64,000 bases of DNA from an uncultured Pseudomonadales bacterium (GTDB taxonomy: Bacteria; Patescibacteriota; Microgenomatia; UBA1400; PJMF01). Every line of letters starts with the position of its first letter. The stretch's first letter is position 1. Below the pieces are notes generated by a model, which saw nothing but the letters and a program-made list of their open reading frames with translations, made no database searches and had not been told where the DNA came from. Shown here one piece after another: positions 47,962 to 56,839 of the stretch. Location: assembly GCA_964633875.1 (NCBI GenBank), contig CAZWKL010000001.1, positions 117,530-181,529 on the forward strand. Reading direction: 5' to 3'. The translations under genes and the position numbers were made by a program.

Positions 47962-49459
47962 TCCCTGACTCCCTTTGACCCTTGGTAAAGAAATAATTTT
48001 GAAGCCTGAGTCTTTGAATTTCTAGTTGTTCTTCTATTGACCTGGAAGTTTCAACATCAGCCTGATTTATATTGAAGATGTCATAATGCTCAAACAATAT
48101 GCTTGCAACATCCCACATTCTCCTTTGTCCAAATAATGAGTGTGCAAGCCCAGATTCAAAACCACCATCCACAGAATATTTATAATCCAAATAACGTTGA
48201 TAATTAAAGATTAAAATTTCAATTACTTTACCCTGATGTTTGCCTTCATGAAATCTTACTTTCATCCTTTTCCATTTAACTTCTGCGCTTTGTCCCCGTC
48301 CGTTCCCAACCTCATCATCTGGAGTAACTGAAACAACACCCTCTTTAAAACTTTGAAGAATTATGGTCTCAATTTCATTGTATAGCTCTAGCTGATCTTC
48401 CTCGCTAAAAGTTATAAATTTTATTCCAGCATAGTCTTCAATATCTTCTACTGCTATTCTGCTTTCGCTCCCTCTTTGTAAAGCTTTAGCAATCATTTTT
48501 GCCACAGTCGAGGTCGGCGTTTTCTCCCTAGGTTGGGTCGTGAACTTTTTTCCACAATTTGAAGTGCGGACTTGCATGGTTTCTTTTTTCCAATATCTAT
48601 CGCTAGGAGGTTGATCTATAGGTTCTTGACAAGTAAAAGACAGACATGTGTTCGTCTCATAGCTGTGCAATGAGTAAATATCTAAAGTATTCGTTTCACC
48701 AATCTTTTCCTCGGGGTCATAAAGATGCTTTTCAAATACTGCCTCCAAATCTTTTATTAGGCTTCTATATGAACCATTGCCCATTTTTTCTTCAATTTGT
48801 AATAAAAGTAAGACAATGCCTAGTTGTCGTTGCAATTCGTATTTAAATCTATTGCTAACATCATGGTTCCCAAGCAAGTATCTTCCAACTGCTAAAATTC
48901 CTCCTGCAGGGTACTCCGTTTGATTCAAAAGCCCAAGATTCTCCTCTTTTCCAGGATAAGCTGTATCGCGGATCTCATCAATGATCCTGTTCGCTGATTC
49001 CATAAGTCCCTCTAGGTGGTTGTTTAGAGCGGTATAGTCGCTCCCTGCTTGGTATTTCTTTAAGTGAGGAAAACACTGACAGAGAAAATTAAAAAAAGCT
49101 CTTTCCAGCTCAACTTTTTTAAGAATCTCTATACGTGAAGCCTCTCTCTCTGATCGTTGACTTTCTCTTTCCAATTTTTCCGGGTTTTCAGACAAATTTA
49201 TGTTGCCTTCGCTACCGTTTTGCGATCGTGTTTTTGCCCTAAGTTGCCAAGCTTTTAACTTGTGAGCTGCAGCTTGCTCTTTGGATGGCCATTCCTGAGA
49301 CAAATACAGTTTCATCAATTGATAAATTTTATCTTCATCAGCGAACATCGCGCGGATAAATTCTACAGCTGCCGGACCTAGCACGGAATCAAAAACCTCA
49401 ATTTTAGGCTTGAACGGCTCATGCGTGCTGGGGGGTTGTTCAATAGTCTTACTTAACAT
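47927..49459 (-). CDS. Hypothetical protein with C-terminal RelA/SpoT-like (small-alarmone-synthetase/toxSAS-like) nucleotidyltransferase signature
   Basis: The block REKTPTSTVAKMIAKALQRGSESRIAVEDIEDYAGIKFITF...VIEILIF...YLDYKY aligns by eye to the RelQ/RelA synth motifs (R-K-SPxS-IxxKxxRK, D-x-AG-I-R-h-h, EIQIRT, H/YxxYK). The N-terminal 330 aa are unknown. The gene is ~34% GC against ~47% in its neighbours. It is certain as a CDS; the function is tentative. Confidence 0.45.
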   Translation of the reverse strand: MLSKTIEQPPSTHEPFKPKIEVFDSVLGPAAVEFIRAMFADEDKIYQLMKLYLSQEWPSKEQAAAHKLKAWQLRAKTRSQNGSEGNINLSENPEKLERESQRSEREASRIEILKKVELERAFFNFLCQCFPHLKKYQAGSDYTALNNHLEGLMESANRIIDEIRDTAYPGKEENLGLLNQTEYPAGGILAVGRYLLGNHDVSNRFKYELQRQLGIVLLLLQIEEKMGNGSYRSLIKDLEAVFEKHLYDPEEKIGETNTLDIYSLHSYETNTCLSFTCQEPIDQPPSDRYWKKETMQVRTSNCGKKFTTQPREKTPTSTVAKMIAKALQRGSESRIAVEDIEDYAGIKFITFSEEDQLELYNEIETIILQSFKEGVVSVTPDDEVGNGRGQSAEVKWKRMKVRFHEGKHQGKVIEILIFNYQRYLDYKYSVDGGFESGLAHSLFGQRRMWDVASILFEHYDIFNINQADVETSRSIEEQLEIQRLRLQNYFFTKGQRESGINSRQLVEKVD

Positions 49460-49483
49460 TTCAGTTTATCGTGCAGCTAAGCA

Positions 49484-49513
49484 CTAAAAAAAGCCCTCCT
49501 GAGGGGCTTTTTT
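49484..49513. terminator. Bidirectional intrinsic terminator (A7-GC-rich hairpin-T6)
   Basis: The sequence aaaaaaagccctcctgaggggcttttttc forms a GC stem flanked by A-tract and T-tract. It lies between the start of the minus-strand 510-aa gene and the aspS leader. Confidence 0.6.
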
Positions 49514-49649
49514 CACAAAGGTACACCCCTCAGTTACCTAATACTAAGCGTAAAAATAACTCGAGAGAAATGCCTTAATTTGTGCATTTTTGATTAAATT
49601 CTACTTTTAATTACTATGTTTAGTCGTCGTCGGCAAGGCCATACGTTAT

Positions 49650-49899
49650 GTAAGCAAATTGTATCAAGATTTAGCTGATTGTCAACCAGGCTAAGATTAG
49701 TTAAAATAAAGTTATAATACAAAAGCTTTTTGTTTGGGTGACGCCAAACAGCCACTTGGCAAGCGCTCAGGGTCGCAACTGAGCCGGGTAAGCCCGTGAC
49801 AGCAGGAATGAAGGCAGCCTCCAGCTGTATTGAGAGGTGGCACCGCTTTTACTCGAAAGCCCTCTTAGAACCATCGCGGTGGTTTTAAGAGGGCTTTTT
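49650..49899 (+). promoter_or_regulatory. T-box riboswitch-like leader of aspS (T-box motif, antiterminator/terminator, GAC-A specifier candidate)
   Basis: T-box-like tgagaggtggcaccgc at 49831-49846 (consensus AGGGUGGNACCGCG). Downstream gcggtgg can pair with it as an antiterminator. Mutually exclusive perfect 11-bp terminator aagccctctta/taagagggctt plus T5 at 49857-49899. Candidate specifier GAC followed by A at 49798-49801. The 5' boundary is uncertain. Confidence 0.5.
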
Positions 49900-49934
49900 G
49901 GCTTTTAATTGATACTTAAACGAAGAAAGGAAAC

Positions 49935-51341
49935 ATGTCGTTGCTAACAGACAGAACAAAAGTCATTGACACTTCAGAGAAAGTAGGCGAAACCGTGACG
50001 CTTTTCGGTTGGGTGGCAACCAAACGGGATCACGGCAAGCTTACTTTCATTGATTTGCGGGACAAATCTGGGACGGTGCAGTGCGTGGGTTATCAGCTTT
50101 TGGGCGAGCTTACGCCTGAATCTGTAGTCAAAATCACTGGCGAGGTCAAAGCCCGGCCGGAAAAAATGATCAACCCAAATTTGTCTACCGGCACGGTTGA
50201 AATTGACGTCAAGGCATACGAAGTGCTCAATCCGGCCATAGAGTTGCCCATTCCGGTTGAGGGCGATGGTTATGAAATTAATGAAGAAGTTCGGCTGAAA
50301 TACCGCTATCTTGACTTGCGCCGAGAGAGAATGCGCCGCAATCTTGAACTGCGCTCTGAGTTTACCAAAGCCATCAGAGCCGAGCTGGATCAGGCTGAGT
50401 TCACCGAAGTGGAAACTCCGATGCTCACCAAGTCTACCAAAGAAGGCTCCAGGGATTTTATCGTCCCGTCCCGGCATCAGCCTGGCAAGTTTTACGCTTT
50501 GCCGCAAAGTCCGCAGCAGTACAAACAGTTACTCATGACCGCTGGTGTGGAGCGCTACTTTCAGTTTGCCAGGTGCATTCGTGATGAGGACCTGCGCGCA
50601 GATCGAGGTTATGAGCACACCCAAATAGACCTAGAGATGAGTTTTGTTGAGAGAGAAGATGTCATGGCTGTCGTGGAGCAACTAGTGGCGAACTCAGTGC
50701 AAGCGGTGGGGGGAGTGTTGCGCGATACTAAGTTTCCCGTTCTTACCTACGAAGAAGCCATGGCTAAGCATGGCGATGATAAATTCGATCTTCGCACGCC
50801 GGAAGAAAAGGAGCGGGGAGTGCTGGGTTTTGCTTGGGTAGTGGACTATCCCTTTTTTAAGGCAGTTAATCCTCAAGACCCGGCCGAAGTGGCGGATGGC
50901 AAGAGCGGCTGGACTTTCACCCACAACCCCTTCAGCATGCCTAAAGTGGAATTTTTAGAAGATCACCTTGCCGGTCAAAACATTGGCAAAATCCTTACTA
51001 CTCAGTATGACCTGGTTTGTAACGGTTACGAAATTGGTAGCGGTAGTATCAGGGCGCATAGGCCGGAAATTTTGACAGCCACCTTTAAGATCATGGGCTA
51101 CTCGGATGAGGAGATTAAAAAAGGCGTGGGTCACATGCTGGAAGCTTTCGCGGTCGGCACTCCGCCGCATGGTGGCATTGCTCTGGGTTTGGAGCGTTTA
51201 ATCATGATTTTGGCAGGAGAAAAGTCCCTCAAAGAAATAGTGGCTTTCCCCATGACTTCAACCGGCCGGGCGGCGGTAATGGCTGCTCCAGGCGAAGTGG
51301 AGGCAGCGCTGCTCAAAGAGCTGAAAATTAAAATCGCTTAG
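49935..51341 (+). CDS. aspS: Aspartyl-tRNA synthetase, archaeal/eukaryotic-type (short, no GAD insertion)
   Basis: N-terminal OB anticodon-binding domain, class II motifs (FRDE-like RCIRDED, GSGSIRAH, GLERL). 468 aa, much shorter than the bacterial-type ~590 aa. Confidence 0.9.
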   Translation: MSLLTDRTKVIDTSEKVGETVTLFGWVATKRDHGKLTFIDLRDKSGTVQCVGYQLLGELTPESVVKITGEVKARPEKMINPNLSTGTVEIDVKAYEVLNPAIELPIPVEGDGYEINEEVRLKYRYLDLRRERMRRNLELRSEFTKAIRAELDQAEFTEVETPMLTKSTKEGSRDFIVPSRHQPGKFYALPQSPQQYKQLLMTAGVERYFQFARCIRDEDLRADRGYEHTQIDLEMSFVEREDVMAVVEQLVANSVQAVGGVLRDTKFPVLTYEEAMAKHGDDKFDLRTPEEKERGVLGFAWVVDYPFFKAVNPQDPAEVADGKSGWTFTHNPFSMPKVEFLEDHLAGQNIGKILTTQYDLVCNGYEIGSGSIRAHRPEILTATFKIMGYSDEEIKKGVGHMLEAFAVGTPPHGGIALGLERLIMILAGEKSLKEIVAFPMTSTGRAAVMAAPGEVEAALLKELKIKIA

Positions 51342-51387
51342 GATAACTAGCCTAGTTTTTAGCCGCGTACTTGCGTAAAATAAGATA

Positions 51388-52371
51388 GTGCTGATAACCA
51401 ACCGGATTCGTACTGACCAAATTATTAGTCTTATTGCTTTGGGCCTGGTGATATTACTTTACCGGAGTTTGGAAGATGTTGGCCGAACAACGTCGGTTTT
51501 GGCTGATTGGCAGTTACAACGGGAAAAATTAGTTTACAGTACTCAAATGATGCCGGTTCCGCTGTGGCATCCCCCTCAGGCTACCGATTCCGCCAGCCCA
51601 TTAACTCAAGAAGCCATGCTTGCCAACCTCACTGCTACCAGCGCAGCGGTGATCGACCTTGATTCCAGCACCATTTTGTTGGCCAAAAATGGCACGGAAA
51701 AATTGCTGCCGGCTTCTACCAGCAAGCTGATGACGGCTATTATCGCCAGGGAGTTATTTCAGCTGGATGAGGTGGTGACTGTTAACGAACCACCGGCGGT
51801 CAATGGAGCGGCCATTACTTTCCACCAGGGTGAACAACTAACAATGGACAGTCTGATTCAGGCGCTCTTGATTCAATCCGGCAACGACGCGGCTCTGATT
51901 ATTGCCAACCACCATCCAAAAGGAGAAGCCGGTTTTGTCCGGGAGATGAACTTGAAAGCTCAGGCGCTCAACATGACCAACACCCACTTTCAAAACGTTA
52001 TTGGCTTTGATCACCCAGAGCATTACTCTACCGCCATTGATCTGGCGCTTTTGAGCCGGGAAGCCATGAAAGACGAAGTGATTAGGGCTATTGTCAGGCA
52101 GCCCCGCACACTGATTACCGACATTACTGGCATGAGGCAACACTTTTTGTACAGCACCAACCTGCTTTTAGCTCAGGATCCCACGGTAGTGGGCATCAAA
52201 ACCGGCACCACTGAAGGCGCTGGCGAGGTTTTAATTACTCAAGTTGAGCGAGAGGGCAGAAGAATCTTAATTGTGGTGATGGGCAGCGCTGATCGCTATC
52301 TCGACACCAAGGAACTGATAGAATGGACTTACAGTCATTACCAGTGGGTAGAGTTTGAAGACCTCAACTAA
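51388..52371 (+). CDS. D-alanyl-D-alanine carboxypeptidase (S11, PBP5/DacA-like)
   Basis: SxxK (ASTSKLM), SGN (QSGNDAA) and KTG (IKTGTTEG) motifs with a signal anchor. The start is probably a non-ATG codon. Confidence 0.8.
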   Translation: MLITNRIRTDQIISLIALGLVILLYRSLEDVGRTTSVLADWQLQREKLVYSTQMMPVPLWHPPQATDSASPLTQEAMLANLTATSAAVIDLDSSTILLAKNGTEKLLPASTSKLMTAIIARELFQLDEVVTVNEPPAVNGAAITFHQGEQLTMDSLIQALLIQSGNDAALIIANHHPKGEAGFVREMNLKAQALNMTNTHFQNVIGFDHPEHYSTAIDLALLSREAMKDEVIRAIVRQPRTLITDITGMRQHFLYSTNLLLAQDPTVVGIKTGTTEGAGEVLITQVEREGRRILIVVMGSADRYLDTKELIEWTYSHYQWVEFEDLN

Positions 52372-52427
52372 GTAGTGCTATACTCACTCTATTGTCTGCT
52401 CAAGTAAAAATTAAAGGCGCCTGAACC

Positions 52428-53720
52428 ATGAACTTAACAATAATTGGAACCGGATTTGTTGGGGTTGTTTCTGCGGCAGTTTTTGCCTCTTTTGGTAATA
52501 AAGTTATTGGTCTTGATATTGATGAAAACAAAGTTTTAGCTTTGGAAAAAGGTGAAGTTCCGTTTTATGAGCCAAGCTTGCCGGAACTACTGCTTCAAGA
52601 GGTAGGGGTTGGCCGGTTGAGTTTTACTACCAATTACAAAAAAGCTATTGAAGACGCCGATATTATCATCATTGCGGTGGGTACGCCGTCTACGCCTGAA
52701 GGAAAGGCCGATCTGTCTTATGTGAACGCTGCCGCGGAGTCTTTGGCGCCATTTATCAAAAAAGAGGCCATTGTGGTGGTGAAATCCACTGTTCCTCCTG
52801 GCACACTTGATCTGGTTCAGGCTGAAATTAAAAAACACACCAAGACCAAGTTTTACTTGGCTTCCGTACCTGAATTTCTCAAAGAGGGTAGCGCGGTTGC
52901 CGACACTTTGCACCCGGATAGGGTGGTTTTGGGGGCAGTTGAAAATGAGGTTTTTGAGAAGTTGGAAGAACTGCACGCCCCTCTCCAAGCTCCAGTGGTG
53001 AGAATGAGTCCTGAATCAGCCCAGATGACCAAGTATGCGGCCAATGCTTATTTGGCCACCAGAATTACTTTCATCAATGATATCGCGGACTTGTGCGAAC
53101 ACAACAGCGCCGATATCGAGGATGTCATTAAAGGCATCGGTTTTGATAAGCGCATCGGTAGTCATTATTGGTATCCGGGATTGGGGTATGGCGGCTCCTG
53201 TTTCCCCAAGGACGTGAGGGAGCTGTCATTTTATTCTCGAGAAGTGGGTTTGGAGCAGAACTTATTGAATAAAGTTAATGAGCTAAATGAACTGAGAATC
53301 CCCAAAATTTTGCATAAAATTAAAACTGAGGCGAGCGGCATTAAAGGCAAAAAAGCCGCTGTGTTGGGACTGGCTTTCAAGCCTAATACCGACGACATGA
53401 GAGAGGCTCCCAGCACCAAAGTGATTCCTTGGTTGTTGCAAGAGGGCGCATTGGTGACGGGTTATGATCCCAAGGCTTTGGAGGCAGCCAAAAATCTTTT
53501 TCCGAACCAAGACAACCTAACTTTTCACAACAGTGTCGCTGACGCGGCTGTAGATGCTGACATTATTTTTTACCTGATCGAGTGGCCGGAAATTGTTGGT
53601 TTTGATTTATTGTCTGTGAGAGACAAAAATAAAGAGCAATGGGTGATTGATGCTCGCAACCAGCTGGACCGCTCTCAGGTGGAGGGCGCGGGCTTTAATT
53701 ATTTGGGAATAGGAAGATAG
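52428..53720 (+). CDS. ugd: UDP-glucose 6-dehydrogenase family (nucleotide-sugar dehydrogenase)
   Basis: N-terminal Rossmann IIGTGFVG and a catalytic GGSCFPKD Cys motif. 430 aa. Confidence 0.85.
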   Translation: MNLTIIGTGFVGVVSAAVFASFGNKVIGLDIDENKVLALEKGEVPFYEPSLPELLLQEVGVGRLSFTTNYKKAIEDADIIIIAVGTPSTPEGKADLSYVNAAAESLAPFIKKEAIVVVKSTVPPGTLDLVQAEIKKHTKTKFYLASVPEFLKEGSAVADTLHPDRVVLGAVENEVFEKLEELHAPLQAPVVRMSPESAQMTKYAANAYLATRITFINDIADLCEHNSADIEDVIKGIGFDKRIGSHYWYPGLGYGGSCFPKDVRELSFYSREVGLEQNLLNKVNELNELRIPKILHKIKTEASGIKGKKAAVLGLAFKPNTDDMREAPSTKVIPWLLQEGALVTGYDPKALEAAKNLFPNQDNLTFHNSVADAAVDADIIFYLIEWPEIVGFDLLSVRDKNKEQWVIDARNQLDRSQVEGAGFNYLGIGR

Positions 53721-53721
53721 C

Positions 53722-54675
53722 ATGACCAGAATTCTCATTACCGGCGGCACCGGCTTTGCCGGTTCTCATTTGATCGAGGCCTTATTGAATGAGGGCTATG
53801 AAGATATTTATGCTACTTCGTATGGCCAGGTGCCCTCAGAGTTGAAACACCTGCTTCCCGAACATCATTTTCACCAAATTGACTTGACCGACGCGACGGC
53901 CACCACCGCTCTCATCAAAGAAATCCAGCCTGACCACATTTATCATTTAGCCTCTTTTGCTTTTGTCGGCGAGAGTTTTGCCAGAGCTGGCGAAGTTTTT
54001 CAAAATAATGTCACCCTGCAAATCAATCTTCTTGATGCAGTTAGAGAACATTGTCCCGGCGCCAGGGTTTTAATTGTTGGTTCTGCGGAGGAGTATGGTA
54101 TTAGCGAATCACCCAATGAGCTGCCCATCAACGAAGAACACCCTTTGCGTCCGGTTAATCCCTACGCGGTCTCAAAAGTGACTCAAGATTTATTAGGCTA
54201 CTCTTTCGGCAAATCGTTCAATCTGCAAATTTTGCGAGTCAGACCTTTCAATCATATTGGTGAAAGGCAAACTACCGATTTTGTTGTTCCCGCTTTTATC
54301 AGTCAAGTTGTAGCTATTGAGAATGGTAAACAAGACGTGCTGAGGGTAGGCAACCTCAACTCGGTGCGGGACTTTACGGATGTTAAAGATATGGTCCGCG
54401 CTTACATCACAGTCATGGAAAAGGGTCTGCCGCTGGAAGTTTATAACATTGGTAGTGGGCAGGGTATCAGCATGGCAGAGTTGTTAGAAAAGATTAAAGC
54501 TTTGGCTAAAACTGAAATCATTGTTGAAGAAGATCAAAGCAGAATGCGGCCGGCCGACATTCCGGAAATGGTGGCAGATCCTAGTAAAATTAAACAACTA
54601 GGCTGGCAGCCGCGTATATCTTTGGACGAAACTATCAGGCGAGTATTTCAAAGTATCAGGAAAGTAAAAATATGA
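53722..54675 (+). CDS. NAD-dependent epimerase/dehydratase, likely GDP-4-keto-6-deoxy-D-mannose reductase (Rmd-like)
   Basis: [12 protein letters not shown] Rossmann motif and a YxxxK SDR catalytic pair (YAVSK). Immediately upstream of, and overlapping, gmd. Confidence 0.65.
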   Translation: MTRILITGGTGFAGSHLIEALLNEGYEDIYATSYGQVPSELKHLLPEHHFHQIDLTDATATTALIKEIQPDHIYHLASFAFVGESFARAGEVFQNNVTLQINLLDAVREHCPGARVLIVGSAEEYGISESPNELPINEEHPLRPVNPYAVSKVTQDLLGYSFGKSFNLQILRVRPFNHIGERQTTDFVVPAFISQVVAIENGKQDVLRVGNLNSVRDFTDVKDMVRAYITVMEKGLPLEVYNIGSGQGISMAELLEKIKALAKTEIIVEEDQSRMRPADIPEMVADPSKIKQLGWQPRISLDETIRRVFQSIRKVKI

Positions 54676-55649
54676 AAAAAGCCTTTATTACCGGTATCAC
54701 CGGACAAGACGGATCGTACCTGGCTGAGTTTTTGTTGGATAAGGGTTACCGGGTTTATGGCATGACCAGAAGAACCAGTACCCAAAACTTTGCCCGGATT
54801 CAGCATATTATTCATAACGAAAATTTGGAGCTGGTTTCAGGAGATCTGGTTGATCAGCACTCAATTACTTACGCGCTTCAGGAAATTCAGCCGGATGAAA
54901 TTTATAACTTAGCTGCCCAGTCTTTTGTCAAAGCCAGTTGGTCGCAGCCGGTTTTAACGGGGGAGTTCACCGCCATTGGTGTCACTCGGGTTTTGGACGC
55001 GATGAAGCTGGTTTGTCCTCAGGCGAAGTTTTACCAGGCCAGTTCGAGTGAGATGTTTGGCAAAGTGCAAGAAGTGCCGCAAAATGAGAACACGCCGTTT
55101 TATCCGCGCTCTCCCTACGGGGTAGCCAAAGTTTACGGTCACTGGATTACGGTTAATTATCGTGAGTCTTTTGATATGTTCGCGGTTTCCGGGATTTTAT
55201 TTAATCATGAGTCTCCTCGACGTGGCTTGGAGTTTGTGACCAGAAAGATCGCTAACGCAGTAGCTAGAATTAAACTGGGCAGACAGCAGTTTGTGGAACT
55301 CGGCAATCTTGATGCCAAAAGAGACTGGGGTTACGCCAAAGATTATGTTGAAGCCATGTGGCTGATGTTGCAACAGGAAGAACCGGAAGATTATGTTATC
55401 GCCACCGGAGAAACTCACTCAGTGCGCGAGTTTTTGGACTTGTCTTGTCAAGCCGCGGGGCTGGACAATTGGGAAAATTATTACCGGCACAACCCGGAAT
55501 TTGACCGGCCGGCAGAAGTGGATTTGCTAGTGGGCGATGCTACTAAGGCCAAAGAAAAATTCGGCTGGCAACCGAAAGTTACTTTTGAAGAGCTGGTGAG
55601 TTTGATGGTAGAAGCTGAAATCAAGAAGGAAAGCAAGAGATCTGAATGA
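54672..55649 (+). CDS. gmd: GDP-mannose 4,6-dehydratase
   Basis: N-terminal [21 protein letters not shown], catalytic YGVAK, and C-terminal [12 protein letters not shown] typical of Gmd. Confidence 0.9.
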   Translation: MKKAFITGITGQDGSYLAEFLLDKGYRVYGMTRRTSTQNFARIQHIIHNENLELVSGDLVDQHSITYALQEIQPDEIYNLAAQSFVKASWSQPVLTGEFTAIGVTRVLDAMKLVCPQAKFYQASSSEMFGKVQEVPQNENTPFYPRSPYGVAKVYGHWITVNYRESFDMFAVSGILFNHESPRRGLEFVTRKIANAVARIKLGRQQFVELGNLDAKRDWGYAKDYVEAMWLMLQQEEPEDYVIATGETHSVREFLDLSCQAAGLDNWENYYRHNPEFDRPAEVDLLVGDATKAKEKFGWQPKVTFEELVSLMVEAEIKKESKRSE

Positions 55650-56833
55650 AGCAAGCCGCAATTATTATTCCCACCTATAATGAGCGCGAAAATATTAAAC
55701 TGGTTATCCCTAAGCTCTTAGAAGTTTTTGCCACTATTAAAGACTGGCAAATGTCGATTTTGGTGGTTGATGACACTTCCCCGGACAAAACTTATGAGGT
55801 AGTAGAGGAATTTTCCCGAAAAAACCGCAATGTTCATTTACTGAAAAATAAAAACAAATCCGGCCTAGGAGGAGCCTATCTTAAAGGTATGGATTATGCT
55901 TTTAATTCATTGCAAGCTGACGCGGTTTTTGAGTTTGACGCGGATCTTTCCCATGATCCCAGCAAAATTCCGGTTTTTTTAGCAGAGCTGGAAAAAGGTG
56001 CGGATATGGTTTTGGGCTCGCGCTATATTCCGGGTGGTAGTATTCCTAAGAATTGGGGCTGGCACCGAAAATTTCTCAGTATTTTTGGTAATCTCACCAT
56101 TGCTGCAGTTCTAACCAACTTCAGTATTCGTGATTGGACCACTGGTTATCGGGCTTTAACCAAAGAAGTATATAAAAAAGTGCATCCGTATTTGCACTCC
56201 GAACAGTTTAGTGGCTATACTTTTCAGATAGGATTTCTTCATCAAGCCATACAAAATGGATTTACTATAAAGGAGGTACCTTTTATGTTTGTAGACAGAA
56301 CTATTGGAGAATCAAAAATTGGTCCGGAGTACATTAAAAATACTTTGTTGTATATTTTTAAAGTGAGAATTAGGCAGTTTTTACGGAGCGAGGTGTTTAA
56401 GTTTTTGGTAGTGGGCGGAATTGGCGCTATGGTTCAACTGGCTTCACTCCAGCTCTATCGCGCTCTTTTGCCTGACTTTCAGTTTTTAGTGATTACTAGT
56501 TACTTATTTGCCACGCTTTTAAGTATTGAAACCGCCATTATTTCCAACTTCACTTTCAACAATATTTGGACTTTCGCGGACAGGAAGTTGAAAGCGGCGC
56601 AAATACCCGGCAAATTTTTGCAATTTAATCTTACTTCTATGGGATCACTGGCCATTCAATTGGTAGTAGCCGGCTTGGGTGAGTTTGCGATTGGTTTATT
56701 CGATCTCTTTACTGTGCCGATTGTAGGTATCACTGTAGATACGGGATTGGTATACGTGGTAGCTGGTATTTTACTGGGTATGGCTTGGAACTTTTTTGCT
56801 TACACCACTTTTATTTGGAAAAAGAAAAAATAA
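55646..56833 (+). CDS. GT2 polyprenol-phosphate mannose/glycose synthase (Dpm1/Ppm1-like) fused to C-terminal GtrA-like 4-TM domain
   Basis: [18 protein letters not shown] and DADLSHDP motifs of DPM-synthase-type GT2, plus a C-terminal GtrA-like TM bundle. Confidence 0.8.
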   Translation: MKQAAIIIPTYNERENIKLVIPKLLEVFATIKDWQMSILVVDDTSPDKTYEVVEEFSRKNRNVHLLKNKNKSGLGGAYLKGMDYAFNSLQADAVFEFDADLSHDPSKIPVFLAELEKGADMVLGSRYIPGGSIPKNWGWHRKFLSIFGNLTIAAVLTNFSIRDWTTGYRALTKEVYKKVHPYLHSEQFSGYTFQIGFLHQAIQNGFTIKEVPFMFVDRTIGESKIGPEYIKNTLLYIFKVRIRQFLRSEVFKFLVVGGIGAMVQLASLQLYRALLPDFQFLVITSYLFATLLSIETAIISNFTFNNIWTFADRKLKAAQIPGKFLQFNLTSMGSLAIQLVVAGLGEFAIGLFDLFTVPIVGITVDTGLVYVVAGILLGMAWNFFAYTTFIWKKKK

Positions 56834-56839
56834 CGGTAT

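Noticed and set aside
49974-50507. 177-aa minus ORF inside aspS
   Set aside because: Antisense to aspS. The Arg/Phe-rich translation has no motifs.
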